DNA from: Fistulifera solaris
Taxonomy: Eukaryota
Length of the DNA stretch: 64,000 nt
Assembly (NCBI GenBank): GCA_030295235.1
Contig: AP026127.1
Location: 372,001-436,000 of the forward strand
Direction of reading: 5' to 3'
Shown here: positions 47,153 through 60,093 of the stretch, in pieces
How positions within the stretch are numbered: the stretch's first letter is position 1
Layout of the letters: the number at the start of each line of letters is the position of its first letter
The notes under the pieces: model-generated
Databases searched by the model: none
The model's input: only the letters and a program-made list of their open reading frames with translations
Told to the model about the DNA's origin: nothing
Program-made: the position numbers and the translations under genes

Positions 47153-48294
47153 TCACTCATCTTCCAACCCCAAAAGCTTGGCCGTCACCGGAGGCGATGG
47201 CACTATACCCGAAGGATTCAGCGGAAACAATTGCGCAAAGTACGAGGCACAGGCATCCGCGAGATCAATCGATTGCGACACCGCCGGATGTTCCTTCCAA
47301 CAACGTTGGAGCCACACGTGGAGATGTGGATAATCCCGGATCCGCGTATGACCTCCGGCGGCGCGAAACAAGGGTGCGTAAGCACCGTCGAATCGCACAA
47401 TGGTGGGAAGCAACCGCAAGTCGGCCACTGTGAATTGGTCACCGCACAAGTAGCGATTCGACGACAAGATGCGATTGCAACGATCCAGACCTTCTCGAAC
47501 ATCCGACGACGCCTGGTTGTATGCACTTTGCGTAGTAGCAAAGCCACACCGATACACTCCATTGTTGATTAAATTGTAGACCCAATCATTGATTTCATCG
47601 ACTTCTCGTCGTTTCTCTTCTGGATACAAATTTTTGGGACTATCCACTCCGTGCTTCTTTTGTGCCGCATCATTCAGGAGCTGTACAATTTCACTCGATT
47701 CATTGGATACAATCGTTTGACTTCGTACATTGACGAGCAAAGGAGCCGTACAACGACCTTGGAATCCGGGCGACAATGTTTCGTACAGTTCTCGCAAATC
47801 ACGACACCCTCCAAACAGACGATCGGGTTGTGTTGCGGAAAAATCCATCCTCCACGACTGGCTTGTTTCGGATTCTCTTGAAGCCGAGTCACCGATATTC
47901 TATCGTCCAGTTGCAGATACAACAGTGCGAGGAGTGTCCGCTGACACCAGGGACACGGGTTCCCTACGTACAAATGATAAGTACCCTGCTCCAAATCCAA
48001 AGGCGGTGCGGAAGAGAACGAATACGATGGTCGTTGGTAATTGCCCTTATCATCTTGGGGTGCCAATTCGACCATCATGGTCTTCCACGCCAGTTTCCAA
48101 GATTCAGATACCGTTTGTACTATGACACCTTGCGGTACGAGACCTCCTGCCAATTCCAATAGATTGAATCCCTTGTTGAGTTTTTCAGCCAGCAGACGAG
48201 TTTGTCTCGAACGATGATTCGGGTGGACGAGAAAGGCTTGACACCAAGATCCGACAAGGAGAGTTGCGCCGAGCAAAGAAATTCTGTTTCTCAT
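47153..48294 (-). CDS. Glutathionyl-hydroquinone reductase / omega-like GST (YqjG/ECM4 family), predicted plastid-targeted; frameshift ~47840
   Basis: YHLYVGNPCPWCQR, IVSNESSEI, INNGVYRCGFATTQ, ADLRLLPTIVRFD, NPSGIVP; signal peptide CQA|F. Confidence 0.9.
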
Positions 48295-48606
48295 GACTAC
48301 AGCGTACCGGCCTTTTTGCTACGCGCTTGAAATGCAATGAAACGTGCCTGGAATAACAGAAACACTTATGTGAAGATTATTGCTGATAGAATGATAAGAA
48401 TGAATAAGGAAGGTAGCAGCGATCATGCGATTTCCGTTTTTGTGAGAAAAAGACGTTCAACGCTACACTTTATAGCATAGTAACTAGAAAGATTTTCTAC
48501 TCCGTAATATTTTATTTTTTGATGCGACGATAATCCGACGCGACGAGCGGGCCTTTTCATCGTCATATCTCTTGGCGTTTCATTACAATATTATGCATAT
48601 TTCACA

Positions 48607-49309
48607 ATGAATTCAATAAAACATAGTATTTTTGCTGCACTGCTGATACTGACAGGCTCAAGCCATGCGGCGTTAATCTTGCATCGGCGCCAAGTTGTGT
48701 CGGGGCTGTCATTGCTTCCTTATTGGTTTCCTCTCCAAGAAGGTGCTTCAGCTGCGGATAGTTTATCATCAACCATGTTCCAACCGGCAACACCCGATCG
48801 ACCACAGATACCATTGCCTGTAAATCAGAATGCCCCATCTACTGTCATTGAAGGTAAAATGTCTATTGGGTTCTCTAGAGGATTATCGTATTGACACTCT
48901 TCTAACACATTCTTGTCATCTGTTGACTAAAGCATTACTCTATTACAAAAATCCACGCTCCAATCAACGACCTTTGGCAAATGACTCTTTTTTGATAACG
49001 GCCCGTGATGCACCCAATGGAAACATTGTCGCCGCCGCCAGGATACCCGTCGGAAAAGTGGCGTTGCCGTTGCGCTTTACCATGAGTGAAGCGAATGCCA
49101 TTGACCGAGACGCTTTTCTGAGCACCGTACAAGAGAAGGATCTTTGGTTGGAAGTACAAGTGTGTGCGCCGCCGACAACGGCGAATGAGGATCGTCTCTC
49201 GTGTTCATCTTCGCAATCCAGGATGAAAGCGCAAGGTGTGGCCAAATTAATCCGATTCGAAAATAACTCTGTCACCATCCGTGCACCAGCATCATTACCG
49301 CTAGAATAA
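48607..49309 (+). CDS. Hypothetical protein with signal peptide and twin-Arg-like motif; intron 48854-48932
   Basis: GTAAAA...CTAAAG intron joins the two ORFs in frame (VIE|ALLY); HRRQVV...ASA|A. Confidence 0.7.
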
Positions 49310-49342
49310 GGAAGTAATAAATTGCTTCTTTCGTCACGGACA

Positions 49343-50612
49343 TTATCGAAACAGATTCGTTCGTTGGGGATTCGCCTCGATATGCTTTTTTCCACTCGTC
49401 GTCGGACAGTTTGTGACTCCACGGCATCCCAAACATTCCCCTTTGATAATCGGAATAGGCTTGATTGATTTCGAGGGAATTTGACAGGACCATACTACCA
49501 CTCGAAACACACGGTTCACGGAGTGGATCGCCGGCGAGAAAGAGAAAATCCACCACGGTATCACGGTCCGTGTTTTGTAGCACAATGGGACCCTGGATTC
49601 CTGGTTCAATATACGCGACCGAATGGACGGGTATGGGCGTTTCGGCGCACGCCAAACCATTACCTTTGCGAACATACAACAGTGCGGTCTCAAAATGCGG
49701 CTCTTCGTTGTAAATCCAAGTACCACCCGGTTCGATTTGAACGTGCAAGATACAAAGAGGAGAGTGGATCGGTGCCGCCGCGGTGGTTCCAGCGAAGTTC
49801 CCCGCCAGCACCAGAGTCCGGGACGTTGCGTCTTGTATGAGGGGGGTTTCCTCGGAGCCGCCCAACAAGACCGTCATGGGCTCGTTCATTTTCTCGGAAA
49901 TGGGCACATTGAGCCACAACTGATACAATTCTTGTCGTGTCGGTTTCCACCACGAACGGATCGTGTTGTCAAACATTTCTTCGTGCAATATCCCGGAGCC
50001 GGTATGAAGCCATTGCGTGTGTTTGTGTTCGGTATTACCCGTCAAGACTCCATGATTTTCCGAGTGCAAGGCATTCCCGTACGTTTGACGAACTCCCACA
50101 GAATCTCGATGCACAAAACCTCCATCCAATATGTAAGTGACCGTGACAAAACCAGCATGAAGATGAGCAGAGAAGCCCTCTGGGAAGAAGGTGGCCTGCA
50201 GGCATCGAATGGGGTCCCACGCCGCGAAGGAATGGCAGTGATGTACCAGCATGACAAACGGCGACGTTTCTGGGTAGGCGAAAAAGTTGGGACAGACCCG
50301 TCCCGTGATCCAATCTTCCCACGCCGCCGCGGTGGCGGCCCCGAAGAGTTGTTGGATCATCCATAACACGACGCCATTTACGACGGGCCACACGGGCAAT
50401 CGAGCAAATGTTTCGACACGTGCCACGGGTCGGGACAACGAAACGTTCTCTTTTTTTGTTGTAATTGAACTTTCTGCTCGCGCTTCTGCGGTATGTTCTG
50501 CTGGCTGCTCTGCCATTCCATGGTAGGAAGGGCGATGCAAACGGAAGGAAGTAGTTGCGAAGGCATCCGCTTCCGTGAGCCAGATACAAAGCAGCAGGAA
50601 GACGAATTTCAT
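49343..50612 (-). CDS. Pirin-like cupin, predicted plastid-targeted; probable frameshift ~49388 (true stop probably 49343)
   Basis: GFSAHLHAGFVTVTY, HRDSVG, QWLHTGSGILHEEM, YQLWLN; signal ADA|FAT. Confidence 0.9.
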
Positions 50613-50817
50613 GGATGATTTTCTCCGAGAGGCAAAGTGGGTTCTTTAATTTATGCTGATGCTGGTTGTTATGTTACACTCCGTAGTTTGTTCTTGTGCG
50701 TTTGAATCTAAAGACTTTATATAGTCCTTAGTTTGAATCATCGACCATGAAGATGAATGACAACAAAACCGCGATATGCATGGTTTTTGCGTTTTTTTTG
50801 CGCTCGAACGTCACGCT

Positions 50818-51145
50818 CATGACTGAAATGCAGTCGTGGTGATCTTAAACTAACACATTGGGTCTATAGTGAGCGACCGGGACACCCAATTCGCACAATT
50901 TTAGACATGAAGAATCATGTGTGCCTTTAAAAATATTGCTAAATGTTATTGCAACGATTTCAGAACAATCGATTATAGTACACGCATGCACAATTTATTT
51001 GTGATTTATATTTCATTGAATCTCTATCCCGCGACACGTGACTGAATGTAGTCGTGGGAAAGGTCGCCTTCCATTTGGGACTATAGTGAGTGGCAAGACA
51101 CCAATTTCGCGTGTAGAATCAATGTGTGCATTGAAAACATCGCTA
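50818..51145. repeat. Diverged ~110-125-bp direct duplication in divergent intergenic region (50818-50941, 51037-51145)
   Basis: Shared ordered blocks TGACTGAA..AGTCGTGG, TTGGG.CTATAGTGAG, GACACC, AGAATCA.TGTGTGC. Confidence 0.65.
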
Positions 51146-51659
51146 CCAGGTATAGGGTAAAGGTCTATGTCTTTTCATTGGCTAGTTTTTGCTCTGTAGA
51201 AGTTCATGGCTTTCAATCCACCGACCGACGCTCGCGCGCGCATGGGATATTCCTTCCACCCGTTGACAATGACGCACTTACATGATTGAGTACTGCTACG
51301 ACATGAATGAGCTGCATTTTCGTCGTACTTCCGTCACCCGTCGTCGAAATACCCTCGTCCACGGGACGCGAATCCGTTCTGTCTGCACGGAAACTTTGAC
51401 ACTGAAAAGAGTGTAAAATGGAAGACAAACGAATAACAACGGTTGGGCCGCCAAGATTCACGTCCGTTGTCAAGACCGAATTTCCGCCTCTTTTGGCGGG
51501 ACACAATTTCTACGTAGCCTTCGTACTTGGCCGCGACCGCGCCCCGTGGACGAGACGAACGAAGTGATTTGCATGCATTGCGCGTGGATGACCATTAGTA
51601 AAAAGCAACCTCTAGCACTTTTTCATTTGCACACATACACTCAAAAAACACATTACTCG

Positions 51660-53472
51660 ATGAGCAGTAGCAGTAATAATCACATTGACAATAACGACGG
51701 ACGCCATCGCACGGCCTCGTCTCTGGATTCCATGACTCTTTTACAGATCAGTGATGATGCGATTAAGGAAACCGTGGCGGAAGACCTCGGAGCGATTCCC
51801 AAGGCCAAGCTCTTGGTCATGACCGACACGGATAAATTGCACGACGGCTCACCAGAGGATGGACTGTTGGTGGATTTCGAGCACGATCTGGACTTTGAGA
51901 ACTCGGTCGATCACGGTTCCCTCAAAGTCGGCGAATGGGGATGCAAGAAGTTTTACTCGGATTACATCAAGGAAGGTCTCGCTTATAAGGCGAAAAAGGA
52001 AGGAAAAGAACCACACAAAGATGTGGTGATGTTATTTGAATCGCCATCGACATCGACGACCGAGTCATCCTTCCATAATCCCACGAAATACCGATTTCAT
52101 GACTGGCCACCGCCCAAGTCGACCTTGTCGAAAGCCGTCCTCGGTCCTTGTCGGTACGGTTCTATGAATGGGAGTGCTTATCCTGTATTCCTTCGAGCCG
52201 GTGCGGCGACACCCGGACTCATGGAACATTGGGCGGAAACGATTCCGAATTATTGTCCCCCGACCTGGGCTTCGAAGATTGAAATTGAAAAGGATTGTAC
52301 GTGTTCTGTCGCGTCGCATTCATTGATAATGTTCTTTGCTCTCACTCTGTCCTTTGCCGTAAATAGTGGTGTACTCGTATCTCCCAGTGGAAGCTTTTGA
52401 AGCGGAAAATGCGGCGGGTCAAGTCAATGCCCCGGCGATTCATTATCATTTGGCAGGAAAAGGTACGTACAATATGTTTTCTGTCGTCGTCATGCTGACA
52501 GAACTCGCGTGAATCTTACTTATATTGTTTATTTCTAAAGATGCTATTCATATGATGACGACCAAGGTAAGCTGCTAGATGTATCTGCGTTGGTGATTAT
52601 GAAAAAGCATCAGTCAACTCACAACTTCCTTTTTCAATGCTGGCTACACAGACGACCAAACTACTCCCAGACACTCATACCATCCGTCCCTGCGTCGTCA
52701 AAACAACCCATTCGATGGGTTCCAAGGGTATTTTTATCATCCACAATGATGAAGATGAGAAAGAATTCGAGCAGTTTTTGCGCGATTCGGGCAATCCCAC
52801 CTTTGTCATTGTCGATTTCGTCGATATTGCACGCAATGTGGCGTGTCATTTTTTCATGCACCCCGACGGTCGCGTCGTATGGTTCGGTAGTAACGAAAAT
52901 CATCGCGATGCGGATGGACGGTTCAGCAGTGACTCGTACTTGTTGTTGGAGCATCAGGAGAAACTGAAGGAAATGCAACTTCCGTTTGTCGAGGAGGTGG
53001 TCCGTTATTGTCAAGCTCTGGGTTTCTGGGGCTTTTGTGGTATTGATGTATTGTTCGATTCAAAAGGCTTGGGATATCTGGTTGGTACGTCGTGGCTTGA
53101 CTGATTTATTCTTTTCATTGGTTCGCATTATACTGACGTGCATTCGCTCTTGTAGATATCAATCCTCGCGTCACGGGGTCGTGTCCTGCCTTGATGACTC
53201 TGAAACTACTTTCAAAGAAATACAACTATCAAGTTGGACTCTTCCGTCGATCCGGTGACATTAACTACTACGGAAGCGCTGCTCAACTTTTCCAGGAAGT
53301 GCATGAACACAACAAAGCGAGTGAAGGAAAGAACACTGTCGTCGTTCATAGTTTGTTTGAAGCCGAACCAAACGCACGTTGTCGCATTAACCTTGGTGTG
53401 TACGGAAATAGTCTCGAGGAGTGCAAGAATATTCTGAACCGATTCGCGCAGCCCGCGAAAAAGGTCAAGTAA
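51660..53472 (+). CDS. ATP-grasp fold protein; introns ~52297-52366, 52463-52540, 52567-52651, 53085-53155
   Basis: PCVVKTTHSMGSKGIFII, GFWGFCGIDVLFD, LV|DINPRVTGS; GT-AG splicing keeps the frame. Confidence 0.8.
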
Positions 53473-53679
53473 AAGACATAGCACTCGAACTGCCGCCCAC
53501 ATGGCACGGTGTCCATATGATTATACTTTCTAGATTTGACAGTCAGACTAATCTTTTTAAATTGTCTTCGTAGCCGCTGGTGTAGCGTTTTAAGGGAGAC
53601 CGCATATTGCAGGTAAAACTTCAGATCAAAACAATTATCTTTGGAAAAATTAATTCAGTTACGCAAGCAGACATTGACC

Positions 53680-56600
53680 TTACGCCTTGCAATCATTTGC
53701 TTTGAGCGACATATCGGGCTTCGGTCCTGGTTCTTTAACTTCTGGTATCGGTTCTTTTTCAAGCCAGAGCTTGAGCTCTTTGATTGCTCGTTCTAAAACG
53801 AGGTCACGACCATCGTATGAAGTTCGAGGATTGTTGTCAATCTCTATGTCGGGAGTCACGCCCTGTTGCTCAATACCACCACCCCATCCAAACTTTGAGT
53901 TGAAAATCCCTATTTCAGGCGCAGAAGCAATCCCCCCATCAACTAATCTATTGTCCGATGATAGCCATATACCACCGCCCCAGGTGCGTGTACCGATTAG
54001 GCGTCCAAGACCAAGTTCAGATATTCCGCGCGAGACACCTTCGCCATCGCTTGAGGTGTGTTCATCAATCAAAACAACGACGTGACCGCGGAATGCATAT
54101 TGCATATTCCAATCTAAATCTCCCTTTCTTACTCCAACTCTATCACCCCAGTACATCCAAGCGCGTCTTTGTAGAAAGCTTATTATCCATGAGTCAATGT
54201 TTCCTCCATGATTACCTCTCACATCGATTATCAGACCTTCTTTATCGTAATCGGGAAAGACTCCCCTCGCAAAAGCATCTTCATCGTCTCTGCCCATGGC
54301 TCGCATGTGAAGGTATCCGACACTAAAACCAGCTTGTTCAGCTAGTTCCTTGGCTTTTTCACGAGTTCTACTCTCCCAAGCTGTATACCTAAGGTTTGCT
54401 GCTGATGCCGCTGTGATAGGAACTGTCACTATCACCTCCGGTGTAGCTGCTTTACTGGTGGAATCAACGTTGGGTGTAGATGATTTCGACGCGAGTCGTA
54501 GGACGTCTAGTCGGACGCTTCGGCCAGCCATCCCTCGCAATAAACTGTGTATATCTGGAACATTCATCACGCTTTCGCCGTTGATTCCAACAATAACATC
54601 TCCGGCGGCCAAACCGCGTTGACCTGAAGGGCGAAGAGCTTGATCAGCCAGCGGAGAATACATGGGAGTACCATCCATGAGGTTAAAGTCTGGATCACGG
54701 AGTGGAATCTCGGTGATCATGTAACCTTTCCATTCTGGACTGCGCCGTAAGGTCGCCCCAAGACTTGCAGGTTGTAGCATCGCGAGCATATTTGCATCGC
54801 CATTGAAAGGCAAGTTATATTCACCTCCGTATACAAAAACGTGGAGAGCACTGAGTTCAGCAGCCATCTGTGCAAGAACGTCGTCGAGTTCTTCTCGCTT
54901 GCCGCATCGCTTCACCAAGCCTTGATATCGCTCGTAAACTTCCGGCCAGTTTACTTTGTGCATGTCGACGTCGTAAAGTAATCGCGCAGCATTCGCCACG
55001 CGTCCGCAAAGAGCTGTTGGTACTCTAAAGCAGGCCATACTGATAAGGCGAGGTTATCAGCATCTACAAAATTCTTGCCAAAGCTGCCAGCAGCATCGGC
55101 GATGAACGTTGCCAATGAGATGGCTGTATTTGGGATGACCCGAAGAGACAAGTTGTTTGTCTTATCTGGTACAAGCAGGAAAATGTATTGTCGATTAGTA
55201 CTATCTCCACACATGAACAACGGAGACGACAAAGGGACTTCTGTGATTTTGTCTGATGGAAAGGCACCTGCAGAGAAGAGCTTGACAAAAGGGACATCTG
55301 AACAACATTTGCCAAAACGAGGCTACCGTCATCGCTAGTCTGAGTTACGATTGAGACGTAATTTGCTTCTGGAATGTTTGGGATGCGGTAAGCCGTCCTG
55401 GCAAAGCTAAGCCCGAGTTCGCCAAAGTCGAATTCCATGTCAACGAGGGCGGCGGGCAACGCCTGAGTATTATTGATAGCAGGTGTGTCGTCCGTGCCCG
55501 ACTTAGTCGCTTTTTCGGCCTTTGACACATTAGAGACTTCAAGATATCGCTCGAGGGTTTCAAAAGTGTTTCGCGATAGGCGACGATCTCGTAGCGCGCG
55601 CTTTATTTGATCAGAGCTCTCGCGCAACATCCGATTGTCAACTTCGAGTACAGGTAGAGCCATTTCCATAAGCTTCTTCTCGAGCTTATCAAATTCATCG
55701 CTGAACAGCTCCATTGCTCCCTCCCCAGGAAATCGCCCAAGCAAAGGGCTGCCATCGGTCGAAGCAGGTAGTAACGGAAGAGCGTATACAGAGCTTCTTT
55801 GCTCAAAATGTGGCATTGGCACTCGCGATCCCCAGGGACTGTAAACATCGGAAACAATATCTCTATCCGAGAGGAAATATAATGTAGTTGCGACATCATC
55901 CGGCGGAGGAAGATGAATGGAAGTTGCAATCGTCGTCAGGTAACGATGAATAAAAATGTCCGACGTGGATTTGCCCCAATACGCCCCGACTGAGTTGAAG
56001 CGACTCGGCGTAGCCTGAACGACGCGTCCAATTTTCACGTCCGTGACATTGTCTCTATCTCTTCCGGGATCACCACAGTCGGCGATCGAGATAATTCCGA
56101 ATTGATTGCGAGCTGAATGGTTGATGGCTAAATATCTTCCACCAGGACTAAATCGAAGCTCAGCTACGTTGCCGTTCAATGGTTCGCCCAATTCATTGTC
56201 AGCCGGTAACATCTGGTAGTCTCGACGAGACTTAAGTTTGCCGATTGGAATGTTCATCACACATATTCGACCATCCTTGTCGGTCCATGCCATACGGCGA
56301 CCACAAGGGCTAACAACGACATCCCGAACAGAACCTAGTCCGCCGTCTTGGGTACTTCCGCCACTTACATGCCCACCAAGGAAGGGTGTGGGTAGTCTTT
56401 CGGGGTCTGTAAAGCTGGTAATAATGGACCCGTCGCTTTGCTGCAGAGGAAGCAGATAGAAAGCATGTTCTGCCGTAGGGCTGATCGGATCCGTAGCCAA
56501 GACAAGAGCAAGCCTTTCCTTCTTAGATTCTTCATCCGCATTTATTGAAGGTACATAAACAGTTTTAAGTATGCGTAGTATACCTCCTAGTTGCGCTCCT

Positions 56601-58184
56601 GGCGCTACACGATAGCGCCGTGCGGGAATATTTTGTCCAGCACCTTGATAATGGGATGTTGGTTTGTCCGATAATACAGGAGCCACCCACGCTTGACCAC
56701 GTAGCGTCATCAAAGCAGATGTCGTTCCAAATGAAGTATCAAAAACGTCGACACCAGTAAGATGTTTCAGCAAATTGACAGGAATAAGACGTTCCTGTTG
56801 TTCATGAAAATCCGAAGTAACGTGCATCGAAAGTACTTCCGGAATATCGAAAGGCTTCTTTTTGTGACTGAATCGATCCAAAATTTGAGCCGACGACAGA
56901 TAATGCAAATCAGCTCCTATTCTTAGGATGACCGAGCCACTGATGTCCGCAGCGAATTCGCGAACTGATTTTCCACCGAACTGACATGAAACAGAGGTGA
57001 GAGGCATCGGTTTAGGCAAACGGGGCCCACCTTCTTGATAAAGATCCTCTTCAGAAGGTAGCGGCATGGCCCAAAGATTCATCGAAGTAGGCGTCCACGA
57101 GCCATCGGAATTTTCTTTTACGCTGCGGTCGCTCAAGAATAAAAGAAATCGATTCTTCTCTCCATCTTGAATGATCGAAGGATCTTTGCTAGTTCCGTTG
57201 TAATTGGAAGTGATCGGCACCGCTAGTTCGTGTCCATGGCAATAGGCCCACAAAGACTCGGCCGTTCCACCCACATAGCGTACCGTGTTCGAAGTTTGAC
57301 GAAAGCGTGTAAAGAAGATACAGTCTTCATGAAACGCCGCATTTAAAGCTTGCGACAAGGGAATTGGTTCAACCTGCATGACCGTTTTTTTGGGAAGTAG
57401 GCCCTTGCACTAACGTCATTTCGTACAATCGAATATCTGGAAGACTGACTTCAACGGAGGTAGAAGCAAAGACCAAGGTCGTCCCATCTGCACCCCAACC
57501 CGCAATATCGTACACTCCCGTTTCCCAAAACGTCAGTCGCTGTGCCGGAGCCTTTTGGGCGAGATCAATCACATAAATGTCTCTATTTCCTTGATACGTC
57601 GCCGTGTACGCAATGAGATTGGGAAATTTTGGATTGATTTTGGGTGAAAGTACATTCCCCACCGTCGTGGTCAATTTCATGGCCGTCATGGTTGTCCCAG
57701 GTTGCAGACGCGTGTAATACAAATCACCTTCCGAGACAAAGACGAGTGCATCGCCGACCAAATCGGGTTCACGAAGATATCCCGTCGCTCCTCCTTCAAT
57801 TCCAGGAAGACGGGGTGGAAGAAACGGACTACCTCTGTTTTTCTTCACGGTCAGATTGAACGGATCCCAAACGACATCCAACAAGGAGGCATCGTACTCT
57901 ACGGGCGGCCGTGGTCGAGTCGTCGTCGATGTTGGAGTGTTCCCAGATGGATACACCGATGATTTTGTCACAGGTGGAAACCATACGAAATACAGGGCCG
58001 TCACGGCCCCGAGAAGGACCATGCTCAGTCCTAAACAGTACACGGCGGTCGAGCAAAGACCCCATCGTGAACGTCGCCGACGACTCGATCGTATGCCAGA
58101 TTCCTGCCGCTTCCCGCGAGCGTCTTCTTCTTCCTCCGTCGGAACATCTTCATAATGGATCGACATGGTTTGATAACTCTTCAT
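53680..58184 (-). CDS. Tricorn-protease-like S41 peptidase with N-terminal TM anchor; frameshifts ~57388, ~55290, ~54975
   Basis: Propeller start 'REPDLVGDALVFVSEGDLY'; AELSALH; PDZ-like GDVIVGING; IIDVRGNHGGNI, SSDGEG, LIGTRTWGG, GVTPDIEI. Confidence 0.88.
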
Positions 58185-58556
58185 GCAAAGCCGAAAATGA
58201 CAACATCAACAGCAACAACAACAACGACAGATGAGCAGCATAAACAGAAAAATTTTCCTCGTCGCTCGTCGCGTGCCCATACGATGACTTCCGTACTATT
58301 TTTTGCAGTCATCGATGTCGTTACGGCACTTAAATCAGCAACGGATACAGATGTCGTAGAGCAAATCAGAAGCTAACACATTAGCCCCCTTCCGACATTT
58401 TCACGATCTGGGAACAAACACATTTCCCCGTGCTTTTTTTTACTGCAAACAATCTCTCAAACGAAGCACGCAAACAACGAGTAAAAATCATTTATTCATT
58501 CGCTCTGTGGAGATCCTTTGCCCAGAGATTAAAATAAAGAAAATAATACTAAAGAG

Positions 58557-60093
58557 ATGACTGATTACTGGATGGAACCGATTTCGCTAAAGGAGTTGAA
58601 CGAAGAAAGAATTCGCTTTTGACGCAGCTTCGTGCGACAAAAGGATTCGTCAATGTACAGTTCTATCGACAATTGCGTTCTCCTCGCAACGTTCCACAAC
58701 TTCTCAAGGATATGAAATCTCATTTTGTGATTTGGATGGACGACGAAAGTTTCATCATGCCCAAGAAGTTACCGCAATCCTTCCCCAACGATTCCCTCTA
58801 TCGCCGTGCGGCCGCGAGCCTCAAATTCGAAAGCAAGTCGGCGTACGTGTACGGGACACAAAACGACAGTGTGGCGCGGGTACTAGCAAAGATTCTATGC
58901 TGGAACGACGAAGAAACGGACGAAGTCAAAGTGGGAATTAGCTACAATCGTTCCGTCGACCCCAAAGTTCCCACCACGTTCTTGACGACTTCCTTTCTCA
59001 CCCAGTACATGGAAACGAATCCTGGAAGACGACTCTTTCTCGGCCGCGGGTGTCATCTTTCCAATGTTGAATCCACTGTGCTAGCTTCGCATCCGGTCCC
59101 CTTGGATGTATCGTTGGAGTGCACCTTTGAAGACAAAGGACAAGTCTTCGTTGAAACACTCGCGCGACGAACGACTTACTTTGGGACATTGACACTGCAC
59201 AGTTTCTGCTTTGACAAGTACTTCTCGTTCCATTGCAGTTTCTTCTTCATTCCAGCCGTCCTAGACTCGGTGTCTCAGGTGGCACTCCGCATGGGTGATC
59301 GATATTTGCGTCGATTTCAGTTTCCGCAACCGCTGTCTTCCCTGGCGTGCAAAGTGGAGTACGAAGTAGCCGGTCATTTTGATTTGGATGCAAGAGAAGG
59401 CGTGGAGGTCGTTCCTCCGGCGGTCAATTTGGTGTTTGATGATATTCCACCCCGCTTTCACACCCAGTTTCTGTACAGCAGCGGAAATCTGAAGGAAATG
59501 GGAATGATCTATCATGCCGCGAAGCCACCGTCACCGGAACAACAAGTCCAGCTTCTAGAAGCCATCGAGATGAATCTCGATTTGCAGCGACTTGAGTTGG
59601 GATGCTTCAGTATTCTCGACGCCTTTTGGGATGCGCTATTGAATATTATTGCGTTGCATCCCAGTCTTGAATCCGTGGTGTTTTGGATTCGTCATCAACC
59701 GGATCATTGGGGTAAGAGCGAACCGGATCTTCATGCGCTGGAGAGGTTGATTTCGTTCATGAAAGAAAACACGCACCTGGATATCTCGTTCAAATGTCGC
59801 GGCAAATGGAAGAGTGTCATGAAAAAGTAAATGCCACAGTTGCGCCAGTCCGCCACATGATCCGCGCCCAAAACCTCATTCACGTGTCTCCCGATGCTCG
59901 ACCGGCCGTTTTCGAAGCAGCTTTGAGCCACTATGCCAGCGGTGAATTCGCCAAAATCAGTCCTCTCTTGAGCGAGAATGTGGATCTTTTCTGCTCTTTG
60001 GTCGGTGTATCGTTGACTCTCACAGAGCAAGAACTTGCCCAAAACGATGACGACGCTGCAGAACGTGTCCCGAAACGCCGAAAGAGCTCTTGA
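58557..60093 (+). CDS. Hypothetical LRR/RNI-like family protein, copy 1; frameshifts ~58607 and ~59825
   Basis: MTDYWMEPISLKEL...; collinear similarity to the 61173 copy; NLDLQRLELG, HPSLESV. Confidence 0.7.
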
